Source: Octopus sinensis
Taxonomy: Eukaryota
DNA: 64,000 nucleotides
Reading direction: 5' to 3'
Assembly: GCF_006345805.1 (NCBI RefSeq)
Contig: NW_021835303.1
Span: forward strand, 1-64,000
A program made the translations under genes and the position numbers. The notes below the pieces were generated by a model that worked only from the letters and a program-made list of their open reading frames with translations, was not told where the DNA came from and ran no database searches. Position 1 is the first letter of the stretch. Each line of letters opens with the position of its first letter. Below, piece by piece: positions 25,238 through 37,688 of the stretch.

Positions 25238-25362
25238 TTGGAAGGATCGACGAGTGAAGTGGAAGGAGCATGGACCATGTGGTCCAAGTGGACGAAGTGC
25301 AGCCAGTTGTGTAATGGAGGACTCGCGAATCGAACCCGTGCCTGCATACACAGATATGTAGG
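25238..25362 (+). CDS. Exon: TSP1 repeat N-half (LEGSTSEVEGAWTMWSKWTKCSQLCNGGLANRTRACIHRYV-G)
   Basis: Acceptor tcttgtcaacAG, donor GTAAGT. WxxWxxW, CSxxCxGG and RxRxC TSP1 motifs. Confidence 0.93.
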
Positions 25363-25453
25363 GTAAGTTATTACATGTTTCGTATTTTGATTGATGACGA
25401 TAAAAAAATACAATAATTTGGTAAATTATATACAATAATTTGGTAAACTTTTG

Positions 25454-25620
25454 TAGGCGATGGTGTGGATGGGCGGTAAAAAGCTTGCTTCCCAACCACA
25501 TGATTTCGGGTTCAATCTCATTGGGCCCCACCCAGGGCAAATATTTTCTATGATAACTGCGAGTCGATAAAAAATTTGTGAGACGATTTGACAGACGGAA
25601 ACGGAGAGAAGCCCGTTTCG

Positions 25621-25667
<47 letters not shown>

Positions 25668-25760
25668 CCTACCACCGCTTGATATCTGGTGTTGGTTTAT
25701 TTAGATCCTACAACTTTACAGTTTGGAAAAATAAGGACAAAATAAGTACCATGCTTTTAA
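25454..25760 (+). mobile_element. SINE family C, diverged
   Basis: Head, cagggcaaa..ttctatgata, gacggaaac..agaagcccg, (TA)(TG) core. Confidence 0.7.
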
Positions 25761-25814
25761 AAAAGATAGCAAATGTAGTATAATTTCTCAGATTTATTAT
25801 TATTATTATCTAAG

Positions 25815-26762
25815 TTAAGGCAGCGAGCTGGCAGAAACGTTAGCACGCCGGGCGAAATGCTTAGTGGTATTTCGCTCGTCGCTACATTCTGAGTTCAAAT
25901 TCCGCCGAGGTTGAATTTGCCTTTCATCCTTCCGGGGTCGATTAAATAAGTACCAGTTACGCACTGGGGTCGATATAACCGACTTAATCCGCTTGTCTGT
26001 CCTCTCTGTGTTTAGCCCCTTGTGGGTAGTAAAGAAATAGGTATTTCGTCTGCCGCTGCGTTCTGAGTTCAAATTCCGCCGAGGTCGACTTTGCCTTTTA
26101 TCCTTTCGGGGTCAATAAATTAAGCACTAGTTGCGTACTGGGGTCGATCTAATCGACTGGCCCCCTCCCCAAAAATTTCAGGCCTTGTGCCTATAGTAGA
26201 AAGGATTATTATTATTATTCATGTTAGTTCGCCGGGTAGAATGCTGAGCGGCATTTCGTCCGTCTTTACACCCTGAGTAAAAAATCTGCCGACGGTCGAA
26301 ATTCATCCTTTCAGGGTCGATGAAATAAAGTACCAGTTGGGCCCTAGGATGTAACCGACGTACCCGCTCCCTCACAAAAATTTCAGGCCTTGTGCCTGTA
26401 TTAGAAATGATTATTATCGTTATTAATGCAGCGAGCTGGTAGAAGCACATTAGCGCGCCGGACAAAATGTTTATCGGCAGTTCGCTCCTCTGTATGTTCT
26501 GAGTTCAAAATCCGCTGAGGTCTACTCTGCCTTCCATTCTTTCGGAATCGATAAAATAAGTAGCAGTTGAACAGTGGAGTCAAAGTAATCGACTAGACCC
26601 ACCCTACCATATTTTAGGCGTTGTGCCCATTAGCGAAAGAGGATTATTAAAGGCACCAAGTTGGTAGAATCATTAACGCGTTAGACAAAATGCTTTGAGG
26701 TTTTTCTTTGGCTTCAGAGTTCAAGTAGCACCGAGGTCGACTTTGTCCTTCCTTCATTCGGG
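25815..26762 (+). mobile_element. Array of five SINE family A copies
   Basis: Five gagttcaa-type B-box plus body units in the same orientation. Confidence 0.85.
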
Positions 26763-26975
26763 GCCGGTTTTCTGATTAACATAATATAGCATACTTGATG
26801 TTTTGAGTAAACACTGTTTTAAAATTTATTTGACTTACGGTAATTTCATTTAAATTATTATGTAATAATTCACTTGATGGTGTTTATCTTAATGAAACAG
26901 TTGTTGAATGCAATTAAAATATGAAGCATATGAGAAATTTGTGCTTTTCTGCTTTTATGCCAGAGAAATATATAC

Positions 26976-27035
<60 letters not shown>

Positions 27036-27049
27036 GTAGATAGATAGAT

Positions 27050-27140
<91 letters not shown>

Positions 27141-27327
27141 GGGAAGAGAAAGAGAGAGGTTTTTTCTATCGTCAAGTATAATCTCATGAAATGGTACCAC
27201 TACAATATGTCGTAACTATGAGATATCGTATCTATGAGTTTAGATTTAGTACGTCTTAAATGTTAAAGTTGTTTCACTGTGAGATTTAATTTCATCTTTA
27301 GATAACATTCTTCTTTTAATGCTGCAG

Positions 27328-27397
27328 GGAGGCGTCGGAGACAGCGAATGCAAAATGCAAAGGGAGAAAGACAGAAACCAAAGTGTGTAACCAAAAC
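27328..27397 (+). CDS. Exon: TSP1 C-half (EASETANAKCKGRKTETKVCNQN)
   Basis: Acceptor ttcttttaatgctgcAG, donor GTAAGT. Phase 2 in and phase 0 out fit both neighbours. CxG...CN pattern. Confidence 0.92.
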
Positions 27398-28107
27398 GTA
27401 AGTCGATGTTTCGTGTCTTACAGCGTTCGTTTTTATTTGATAAACTGACATTTTGATTTCAAATTTATTTTGACAGACATGGTTTTAAAGATATGACGTT
27501 CAACTTGAAATTCTTTCCATCTTTCTCCCCCCCCCCCTTCGCTCTTCCTTATACTTCGCCACTTTCCCCTCTCACCATTCCCAACCACTCCTCCTCCCCT
27601 CTTCAGTTCAATTCTCCTTAATCCTTCTCCACCCCTTCTCTCTACTTTCGCTTTCACTCCCTGTTCTCTCTTCCCATCCGCCATACTTCTTCCTCCCTCT
27701 CTCTCCCTCTTTATTTCAATGGTTCTTAATAACCCTCCCTTTCCCCACTCTCTCTCTCCCCTCACCCTTCCACTCCCTCCCTCCCTATTTATCTTATTTT
27801 CGTTTTTTTTGTTTTGTTTTTGTTTTTCACTTACACCATACACTAACACTTGAAAATGGGAGGACCCTTACATTGCTAAACACAATCACAGCACATGTTA
27901 AAACCGTACCTGCTGAGAACTGAAACCCGATCGCCGTCTCAGCTCGCCGAGCCCTTACCTTGGCAATGGATCAACAAATACGATAATATTTCGCCATATT
28001 GAATTTCATTAATATACGCATATCTCTAAAATGTACATTAAAAAGTAAATGCTCCTGTCTGAACACGATCTTTCGTGTCTATGATTTATTCTGATTATCA
28101 TAGTGGT

Positions 28108-28392
28108 TGCAGATAGCGATAGACCAAATTCTTTATATAATTCTTTATATCTAAGATTAGCCATGTTTCTTCATAGCTGCGACAGACTGGGTTTACGTAG
28201 TTACAATAGACCAATTCTTCATAGCTGTGAGAGACTGGGAAGGTGCCTTCATAGTTACAACAGACCAAACTCTTCATATCTATGATAGGCCATATTCTTT
28301 TATAGATTTGGTAGACTATGGAGATCTTCGTAGTTACAAAAGCGTTTCATGTTCCATGTTACAGGCCAGGATTCCTCATGGTAGTGATAGAC
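28108..28392. repeat. Degenerate ~23-30-bp minisatellite
   Basis: About 10 units of CTTCATAGYTRYRAYAGACY. Confidence 0.6.
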
Positions 28393-28401
28393 ATGATCAT
28401 T

Positions 28402-28821
28402 CTTTTTTACTCTTTTATTCTTTTACTTGTTTCAGTCATTTGACTGCGGCCATGCTGGAGCACCGCCTTTAATTGAGCAAATCGACCCCAGGACTTATTC
28501 TTTGTAAGCCTAGTACTTATTTTATCGGTCTCTTTTGCCGGACCGCTAAGTTACGGGGACGTAAACACACTAGCATCTGTTGTCAAGCGATGTTGGGGAG
28601 AGAAGCACAGACACACAAACACACACACACATACATGCATATATATATACATACATACGACGGGCTTCTTTCAGTTTCCGTCTACCAAATCCACTCACAA
28701 GGCTTTGGTCGGCCCGAAGCTATAGTAGAAGACACTTGCCCAAGGTGCCACGCAGTGGGACTGAACCCGGAACCATGTGGTTGGAAAGGAAGCTACTTAC
28801 CACACAGCCACTCTTGCGCCT
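28402..28821 (-). mobile_element. Full-length SINE family C (tRNA head, CORE-like, internal microsatellite)
   Basis: Reverse complement begins aggcgcaagagtggctgtgtggtaag...gggttcagtccc...ccttgggcaagtgtc. Confidence 0.9.
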
Positions 28822-28994
28822 AATTTCTTTTTACTAGTTGAGTTGGAGGAAGGACCAGAGCCCATGTGCCTTTCAGACCTCTGAGACCTTATGCAGTCGA
28901 TGCCATTAATGTTCTGTTTGAACTGTTGTTGAAAGACAAGCGCGTGGAAAGAAGATTACTGAGATCCTATGTTCAAGAGATGGAGGACTGGATT

Positions 28995-29177
28995 TATTGA
29001 ACCGAAATTTTGGCGGGAGGCTGGTCGCTTATATCGACCCCCAGTGCATAGCTGGTATACATTTCATCGACCTTGAAAGGATGAAAGGATAGTCAACCCC
29101 GGCGGAATTTGAACTGAGAACGTTAAGATGGACGAAATGCCACCCGAGGTGCAAACAATTTTGCCAGCTCGCCGCTT
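28995..29177 (-). mobile_element. SINE family A
   Basis: cgacccccagtgc...aaggatgaaagg...ggaatttgaact...tgccagctcgcc. Confidence 0.8.
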
Positions 29178-29357
29178 TGGATGCGTAAATAATCCTTTCT
29201 ATTATAGGCAGAGGGCCTGGAATTGTGGGTGAGGGGGTTAAATAATGCGCGCATGTGTGTGGTGTGTGTGTGTGTGGGAGTCTACGTATGTATGTATATT
29301 AAGAGAGAGAGAATGAAGGAGAAATTTAACACACCACCACAGAGCAACAGTATAGAC

Positions 29358-29500
29358 GATGAAGAAGAAGAAGAAGAAGAAGAAGAAGAAGAAGAAAGAG
29401 AGAGAAGAAGAAAGAAGAAGAAGAAAGAAGAAGAAAGAAGAAGAAGAAAGAACAAGAAGAAAGAACAAGAACAACAACAACAACAACAACAGCAACAACC
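29358..29500 (+). repeat. (GAA)n then (CAA)n tract
   Basis: Direct reading. Confidence 0.95.
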
Positions 29501-30189
29501 AGAAAGATAGTGACATGGAGAAAGAGAGGGAGAGAGACGGAGAGAGAAAGAGTGAAGCACTTAAATCAACAACAACAACAACCAGCGAAAAAAAAACGCC
29601 ATATCTGGAAATATGTTTAAATTTCACTTTAAATGCTTGAAGCATGCAAAACAAAAAACCTGCATCAGTTACATAAAATATGGAATTTGACTCCCAAGAA
29701 ATTTTAGACTATCTTCCAAAAACCAAATGATGACATTTTCATGTCTTAGAAATATTTTGACAAACTAAACAAACCGAGGAAATACTTATTGCCCGTTGTG
29801 CAAAGGATGAAGGCACCACAGAGCGGTGCCAATATGGTGGCAAGGACACAAACAAAGAATTTGCAAGGAGGCGCGCTTTTTTCGTTTTTTATCTCTGTAA
29901 GCAATCTAAGTTCTACATTGACTTCTGCATTGTTTTGCATCTTGCAACGGGTTTACAGATTGCTCTTACGCATTCTTCAAGTATTTGTCATGTTTATTCC
30001 CTTTAAAAAGAGAAGAAAAAAAACGAAAAGCGAAAATGGGTTGGCGTTATATTCTTCTGCCAAATAATGGTGTATACTCGACCATTCTGACAAGCACTGC
30101 GTACGTTTGTCACACACAAACACACACACACACACAGACATACAAGTTTTGTACTCTGTGGTCGAGACAAACATATGAACATCATATGT

Positions 30190-30360
30190 ATATGTGTGGA
30201 CCCTTATATATACGGGCTTATGTGTATGTATGAATATATACACATATGTATTTATACACATATATAGACACATGCATATGTATATGCATATATGTATATA
30301 TACATGTACATATGTATATATATATGTATATATATATATAAATATATGCATGTACATATG

Positions 30361-30418
<58 letters not shown>

Positions 30419-30440
30419 CATGTACACACATATATGTACT

Positions 30441-30477
<37 letters not shown>

Positions 30478-30548
30478 CCATATACATGCATTTATATGTA
30501 CATATGTATATATATATGTATATATATATATAATATATATATATATAC

Positions 30549-30612
<64 letters not shown>

Positions 30613-30761
30613 GTGTGTGTGTGTAAATATGTATATCCATGTACATATGCCATATATACATGCTTTTTTGTGCATCAGTATGTGCACGCGCCCTTTTACA
30701 CAAATACACAGATTTACACATACACACACACATATACACTCATATACACGCACATACACAA

Positions 30762-30793
<32 letters not shown>

Positions 30794-30810
30794 ATGTGTG
30801 TATGTATGTA
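30190..30810. repeat. (TA)/(TG)/(CA) compound microsatellite
   Basis: Direct reading. Confidence 0.95.
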
Positions 30811-31124
30811 TACTGTTTGTTAGGAAAATGTGTATTTTTTAATGAGAATAGACAAAGAGGATATGATTACGTGTGTTCAAGTGAAGAAAGCTGTCTGGCA
30901 AAATGTAAATACCATTATAAAAAAAAGACTAACATTATAGTGGCAGATAATAAATTATAGCTCAACACTTTTCAACGCAGCATCCATGTTGCCTCCACCC
31001 GCGCTTTCCATCATGAGTGTTCAGTTTATTTTATGCATAACTTGTATGAACTAAATTCCCCAGCCTTGATATGATTATGTGTCTTGTGGGAAACAGTGCG
31101 CCAGTATGGACAAGTGATGTAATT

Positions 31125-31520
31125 AAAGGCCTCGTTTAGCAGCTTTCCGTCCGTCTTTACGTTCCGAGTTCAAATTCTGCCGAGGTCCACTTTGCCTTTA
31201 ATTCTTTCGGGGTCGATAAAATAAGTACCAGTTGAGCACTGGGGAGGGGTGCTCGGTGTGCTTGATTTACACCCTCCCCCTAAATTGCTGGCCTTGTACC
31301 AAAATTTGAAACCATTATTAAGGCGGTGAAGTGCAGAATCGTTAGCACGCCGGGCAAAATGTTTAGCGTCATTTCTTGTTTTGAGATTAAATTCCGCTGA
31401 AGTCGACTTTGCCTTTAATTCTTATGGGGATCGATAAAATAAGTACCAGTTGAGCACTGGGATCGATGTGATCGATTTACACCTATATTGCTGGCCTTGT
31501 GCCAAAACTTGAAATCAATT
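31125..31520 (+). mobile_element. Two SINE family A copies
   Basis: Two B-box plus gtcgataaaataagtaccagttgagcactggg units. Confidence 0.8.
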
Positions 31521-33077
31521 AAAATGAGGTTTCGGCTTCGTTCCCACAGCGTGGTATATTGAGCTAGAATTTTTTTCTTGTTGATCCAAGCCTTGTGAGT
31601 CAAATTGAGTAGACGGAAACTGTATGGAAGCTCGACGTAATTCAAAAATCCCTTGCGTAACACGAAATGGTTACAAGATAACGAAAGGGCTTCTGCGAAG
31701 TGGCTCACCTGCTAGAAATAGCAGTCATATCTTACTCAATCATACCGTTAGTGGGTATGAAATATTGGTTTCAAATTGTGGCAAAGAGCCAGCAATTTTG
31801 AGCGGAGAAAGCAAGTCGGTTCCATTGAACCAGGTACCTGATCGATATCCTATTTTATTGATCCTAAAAGAATGAAAGATAAAATTAACCTTAATAGAAA
31901 TCGAAATCCGAACGTAAAGAGTCGAAATGGGTATGACGTAATACGTTAAGTATGAAAAAATCTAGATGGTCGTGTTTGGAACGACTTTGATCAGAAGACT
32001 TCTTGATCAAATCTGATCTGAAGTTAATCAATAACAACCGTTCTCTGTTCAATGAAGTTACACAATGTCTAAGGAAAGGGCATGAATGTCACTGATTCCA
32101 ATAACCACCCACACCACCCCTTGCCTACTAAAACCCCCACCCGCTTTCATTCTGAATCTTCATTTTTTTTTCTTTTTATAAACGGTTTTATGATCTCTAA
32201 TTTTTATGCAATTCAGAAGTTCGTTTCGCAAATTTGTAGTTTCGCGTTCGATCTTACAGCACTGCACCCATCTTGTTAAGTAAAGAACTTGTGTGATATT
32301 ATTCCATTATTTTGCCTTTCGAAAAGAACTGACTGAATGGTCAGCGCTTCGGACTAAATACTTAACAATATTTTCTTCCGGCTCTTTATGCTTTTTTTGT
32401 TCAAATTTCGATGAGGTGGGCATTGCCTTTCAACCCTTCGTGGAAGATGAAACACGTTCCAGTTAACACTGGGGTTGATGCAACCGACTAACCCCTGCTC
32501 TTAAAATCGCTGGCCTTCAACCAAAATCTGAAGCCATCTTGTTTTTCAAGAGTTAAGTAGTTTGCTTCGTAATCTTGTCTTTCCACGTTCGATCCTACAA
32601 CGCAGCACATACCTTATTAATTACAAAACTTGCGTAATATTGTTATCCCATTACGTCTTTCAAGACGTAACAACACTGTTCCTCGGAGGAATTCTGTTTC
32701 CATTGGGGTTGGCACTTAGATCTTCCTTTTAAATGCCAACATCACTAAAACGATTCGTTGGGAGTCTCCAAGCCGTAGTCACTTAATTGAAAAATCTAGA
32801 GAGATACCAATATCAAACTATTAACAGATGTTATCTTTGTGTTTAAAAAAAACAGCTAAAATACCAATCCGGAAGGTTTGAATAAAAGCCGAGGTGGCCA
32901 CAGCTGGAGGGCTGTTTATCTGAAATCTGCTGGATCAGACTGACCTACAAACATTTATATCCGAGCAATAAACTACAAGAAATTTATTTTATCGTTCATA
33001 TTTACTAATTAGTAATATTTGATAAACTTTTTTGCCCGTTTGAGTGATTATTTTTATTTCTTTTCATTTTCACTCAG

Positions 33078-33174
33078 GAATGTCATGGCGGAAGTGTCAG
33101 ACAGAAATTGTGTAGACCCTATATGCACCGGAAGTTCTATGGCAAACGTTATTATTGGCAAGCTCATATTGACT
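33078..33174 (+). CDS. Exon: start of ADAMTS Cys-rich module (ECHGGSVRQKLCRPYMHRKFYGKRYYWQAHID)
   Basis: Acceptor ttttcattttcactcAG, donor GTGAGT. Matches the EC..R..QC....F.G..Y.W pattern. Confidence 0.9.
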
Positions 33175-33214
33175 GTGAGTAACAATTCAAAATTCGTCTG
33201 AATCAAAGTATATA

Positions 33215-33352
33215 CATATGGCTGCATCTGTGTGTGTATACGTGTGGATGTGTGTGTCTCACTCTCTCTGTCTCTCTCTGTTTCTCTCTCTCCCACTCTG
33301 TTTCTCTCTCACTGCTGCTCTGTCACTCACCACTTTTCTATCTATCTATCTA

Positions 33353-33391
<39 letters not shown>

Positions 33392-33800
33392 TTATCTATC
33401 TATCTATCAATCTATCTATCTCTTCCTCTCTCTCCCTTCACCTCTTTCTCTTTGTGTCTCTCTTCCTATCTCTCTCTTTCTCACTCTCTCTCTCCTTCAT
33501 CTATCTCTCTATCTATCTCTCAGTCCACTTCTTCCTTTCACTCTGTCTCTCTGTCTCTCACTTTCGTCGCTTTCTCTCTCTCTCTCGCGCGCTCTCTTTC
33601 TCTCTCTCTCTCTCTATCTATCTATCTGTCTATCTATCTATCTATCTGTCTATCTATCACAGTCCGCTTCTTCCTTTTACCCTGTCTCTCTCTCTCACCA
33701 ATCCTCTCACTCAAACTCTGTCTCTCTCTCTTTGTCTTTTTCTCTCACACTCCCTCGCCACCCCCTTCCTATCTCTCTCTGCGTTCGTGTCTCTACCTTT
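33215..33800 (+). repeat. CT-rich composite block A
   Basis: Shares ordered non-repetitive spacers with 37104-37560. Confidence 0.75.
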
Positions 33801-33945
33801 GCGTTTTTTTGTTTCTGTTTTTGTTTTCTTTTTCTCCACGTTTCTCTTACCAGTGGGAAATATAGAATCGCATCTTTCCGCGCCATATAACCCCATCCTT
33901 CCACCCAGCACCTCACACGCAGACAGACAGTAAGAACTCTATGAC

Positions 33946-33977
33946 GGGGAGGGGTAGAGCATGGGGCAGGGTGGGGG
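33946..33977 (+). other. G-quadruplex-forming motif
   Basis: Five G-runs GGGG-a-GGGG-N8-GGGG-ca-GGG-t-GGGGG. Confidence 0.55.
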
Positions 33978-34310
33978 CAGACGTACGACTGACACAGCAA
34001 TCGGTGCCTTAAAATAGTTTGATATTAGACGAGAAAACCAGAGACTCTTTAAAAGACTCCAGATCGCACCTTGCACAACGGCAACGCACACACACATACA
34101 CATGCATACACACACACGCACACACAAAGAAGGGATATTTAAATATCAAGTCAGACATAGGTACAAGACATAAAGGTGAAAACAGAACAATCTTCAGTCC
34201 TTACTTCATGATCTGCCACCATGAAGAACCAGAATTTCTCTATGTATTCTTCCATTCTTTGTGAATTTGGGATTCTGATGAGAATAAATATATATAGTAT
34301 ATATATATAG

Positions 34311-34404
<94 letters not shown>

Positions 34405-34534
34405 AACATCTATGCTTTACTTTCTTTGTTCTTACGGTAAATATATAGAAGACTTTATCATGTATATATTCACACACACACACACTTACACATGTAGATA
34501 TATATATATATATATAGATATAATAATAATAATA

Positions 34535-34730
34535 ATAAAGCCAGCAATTCGGGAGAGAAGTTGATTACATCGACCCCAGTACTCAACTGGTACTATTTTA
34601 TCGATCCCGTGAGAGTGAAAGGCAAAGTGAAACTCGACGGAATTTCAACTCAGAACACCAAGACGGACGAACTGCCGCTCTGCCTTTTACCCAGCGTGCT
34701 AACGACTCCGCCAGCTCGCCGCCATCTTTA
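34535..34730 (-). mobile_element. SINE family A
   Basis: catcgaccccagtactcaactggtac...ggaatttcaactcag...ccagctcgcc. Confidence 0.8.
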
Positions 34731-35066
34731 ATACATTTATTGCTACTTTAAATATGTTCCGATTTCGGCTCTAGAAACGTTATTGGAAACGTTACGTCTG
34801 TGTTTAAATATCGCCCGCCTCCGCTCTGTTCCTAGAACTGTAACGATGAACTACATCAGATCATCATTGAGAGTTGAATCCTTTCCCCAGAGTACATTCT
34901 GTTTCTTTTTTTATTCTATGTATACTCAGACCGAATCCTCTGATAGTAAAGCCTCATTTTTTGCCACATGGCTGCAACTCTTGAAAGCAAAACCTCATCC
35001 GAGAATAATCTCTCCCGTTCTTTTTCTATCATTACATAACACCAATGCAACACACACACATAATTA

Positions 35067-35107
<41 letters not shown>

Positions 35108-35264
35108 TATAATCGGCAACAGAGTTACGACGCTGAAGAGACGAAAGGTATGAACATTAGCATTTATCAAGTTCGATAAGTGCCAAACTATAAAACATTC
35201 GGCCCTTGAGACATCCTAGAACATCTACTACCGATTATGTAATATATATATAGTATATATATTA

Positions 35265-35298
<34 letters not shown>

Positions 35299-35543
35299 TA
35301 TATATATATAATATATATATATAATATATAATATATATATATGTATGTATATATATTATATATATATAATATACATACACATACGTGCACGCATACACAC
35401 TCAACACCCGCATTTATATATAATATATATATATACATATATTGATAGAAATGGTAAACCAACAAAAGAATGAAAGAGACTTCGATGTTATGTAAATAGA
35501 GGAATCTATCTGTAAATATATGTGACAATAATTCGCTAGCCAT

Positions 35544-35604
35544 GATAAAACTCCGAGTTTCGGATGTCGGGGTGAAAACCCACGCCGCCATCCCTTCAGT
35601 TATC
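35544..35604 (-). ncRNA. Type I hammerhead-like motif
   Basis: Reverse complement GATAA-CTGAAG-GGATG...CATCC-GAAA-CTCGGAG-TT-TTATC; 5-bp helix I; A9 missing or changed. Confidence 0.6.
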
Positions 35605-36704
35605 CGGCCATCGGAAAAATGCTATCTTTTCGATGGCCGGATAGCATTGCGTATCTGGTACTTATTTAATCGACCCCGAAAGGATGAAAGGCAAAGTCGA
35701 CCTCGGCGGAATTTGAACGGCAGACGAAAAACCGCTAAGCATTTATATTTCGATAATACCTTTAACGCTAGAAGTTTTATGCTACCGTCAAAAAATATGC
35801 TAGGCTTTCATCTTTTAGGACGTTACTTGCTATTGAGAGGAACCATATCAAGACGATTCACATCTCGTTCGTCTCACACGGAATACTGGGGGCCACACAA
35901 ACGGTCCTTGGTCTCTCATTAGTTTATTTACTTCGGAACTTTTAAACAGATTACGTAAATTACATCAGCTTCGTTTCCATTTTATAAGATAAGCATACAA
36001 ATAGTTTTTATGCGCTTGCGTAAAAATATACATACATACATACATACATACATACAAACATACATATATATATATATGTATATATATATTATATATATAT
36101 ATATATATTATAATATAATATATATAATATAATATATATATATATATATAATACACAGAAACACACCACACACATACATACATATATACGTACACACATA
36201 TATAACGTATATCAGTGGGGTTTTTTTTTCAAATGTCAAGATTGGGAACGGATAGTAAGATAAAACAGTGTAATAGCAGACCTCTTTATATACCACAACA
36301 TTTTAAAGCCATCTAAATGAAGGTCACAATGCTAAAGAAAGTTCTAGTCTGTGTGGTGCTTTTATTTGTTTTTACACACGTAGAAGCGTTTCCTGTTGTA
36401 CCTGACATTTAATGGATGAACAAACGTCTCTTGTCTCTGATTGTAAGCAAGAGATATTGAGGAAACGTGACGGAGTTGGATTGTTACCATTCCACTGATT
36501 GAATTACAATGTTGCAGAGAACGTGAAGATATTTTGTTTTTCTTTTCCCATTTTTTTTTGTTTTTCGCCAACCAATTCCACGACGCGATTCTTCTTGTGT
36601 GTGTATTTGTGTGTGTGTGTGTGTGGTGTGTGTGTGTGTGTTTAATCAGGGGAACTTTTACAAAATCTTCGATACAAGTAGGGAAATGAGAGGAGAAGCA
36701 CCGA

Positions 36705-37239
36705 CAGCGGGCATCTTAAATCCTTAAGGTTCCTGCAAATGCTGAGTTTCACTTTCATTGAGGACCTCTCTCATGACGAACACAGGTCCTCGGCTTACCA
36801 AAAGACTGTATCACAAAACGGGACTTTCCTCTTCAGAGCCAGGAAATATTTCAAACACTAATGTCTACTCACCGCCTACAGAGCTCAGTTGAGGCACACT
36901 ATGAGCACCTGGTCCCATATTTAGTGGATCTGTGTTGCTGTTACCTACACACAAATATGTCAGTCTGTCTCCAAAGAAAGATCACCCAACTCACTGCAAT
37001 GAGATCGCTAATCGATATTCACCAGCCTCTGACCCTCAGCTGTTCTTTTCTTCCTGCTCCTCTCTCTCTCTCTCTCTCTTTTACTCTCTCTCTCTCTCTC
37101 TCTCATATGGTTGTATGTGTGTGTGTCTCACTCTCTCTGTCTCTGTCTCCCTTTATCTTTCTCTGTTTCTCTCTCTTCTTCTCTGTTACTCTCTCTCTCC
37201 CTCTCTATTTCTCTCTCATTGCTGCTCTGTCTCTCACCA

Positions 37240-37279
<40 letters not shown>

Positions 37280-37318
37280 TCTGTGTCCCTTCATCTCTTT
37301 CTCTCGTGTCTCACTTCT

Positions 37319-37354
<36 letters not shown>

Positions 37355-37680
37355 CGTCTATCTTTCTATCTATCTCTCAGTCCGCTTCTTCCTTTCACCC
37401 TGTCTCTGTTCACTTTCTCTCTCTCTCTCTCACCGACCCCCTCACCCTAACTTTTGCCTCTCTCTCTCACACACTCTCTCTCTAGCTCTATCTATCTATC
37501 TTTCTTTCTCTCTCTCCCTCTCTCCCTCTCTCCCTCTCTCTCTCTCTCTCTATCTATCTATCTTTTCTACAGCTGCTGCAATGGCCTCTGCTTCTTGCAT
37601 GTGGCTGGTCTCAAACTGCCCTCACTCTGGCACTCCCGACTCATTCCTTCATTCTCTCCACATCGATATTGTATCTGGAT
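36705..37680 (+). pseudogene. L2/CR1-type LINE RT C-terminal relic interrupted by a CT block
   Basis: LSFTFIEDLSHDEH; FLFRARKYF; YRAQLRHTMSTWSHI*; LQRK; QPL | LFYSCCNGLC. Confidence 0.7.
37104..37560 (+). repeat. CT-rich composite block B
   Basis: Homologous to 33215-33800. Confidence 0.75.
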
Positions 37681-37688
37681 CTCAGTCT

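Noticed and set aside
28176-28260. Possible Cys-containing exon after tcatAG
   Set aside because: It is part of the degenerate minisatellite, and the TSP1 is already completed by 27328-27397.
30841-30960. [18 protein letters not shown] peptide as an exon
   Set aside because: No fitting acceptor or phase, and not needed in the domain.
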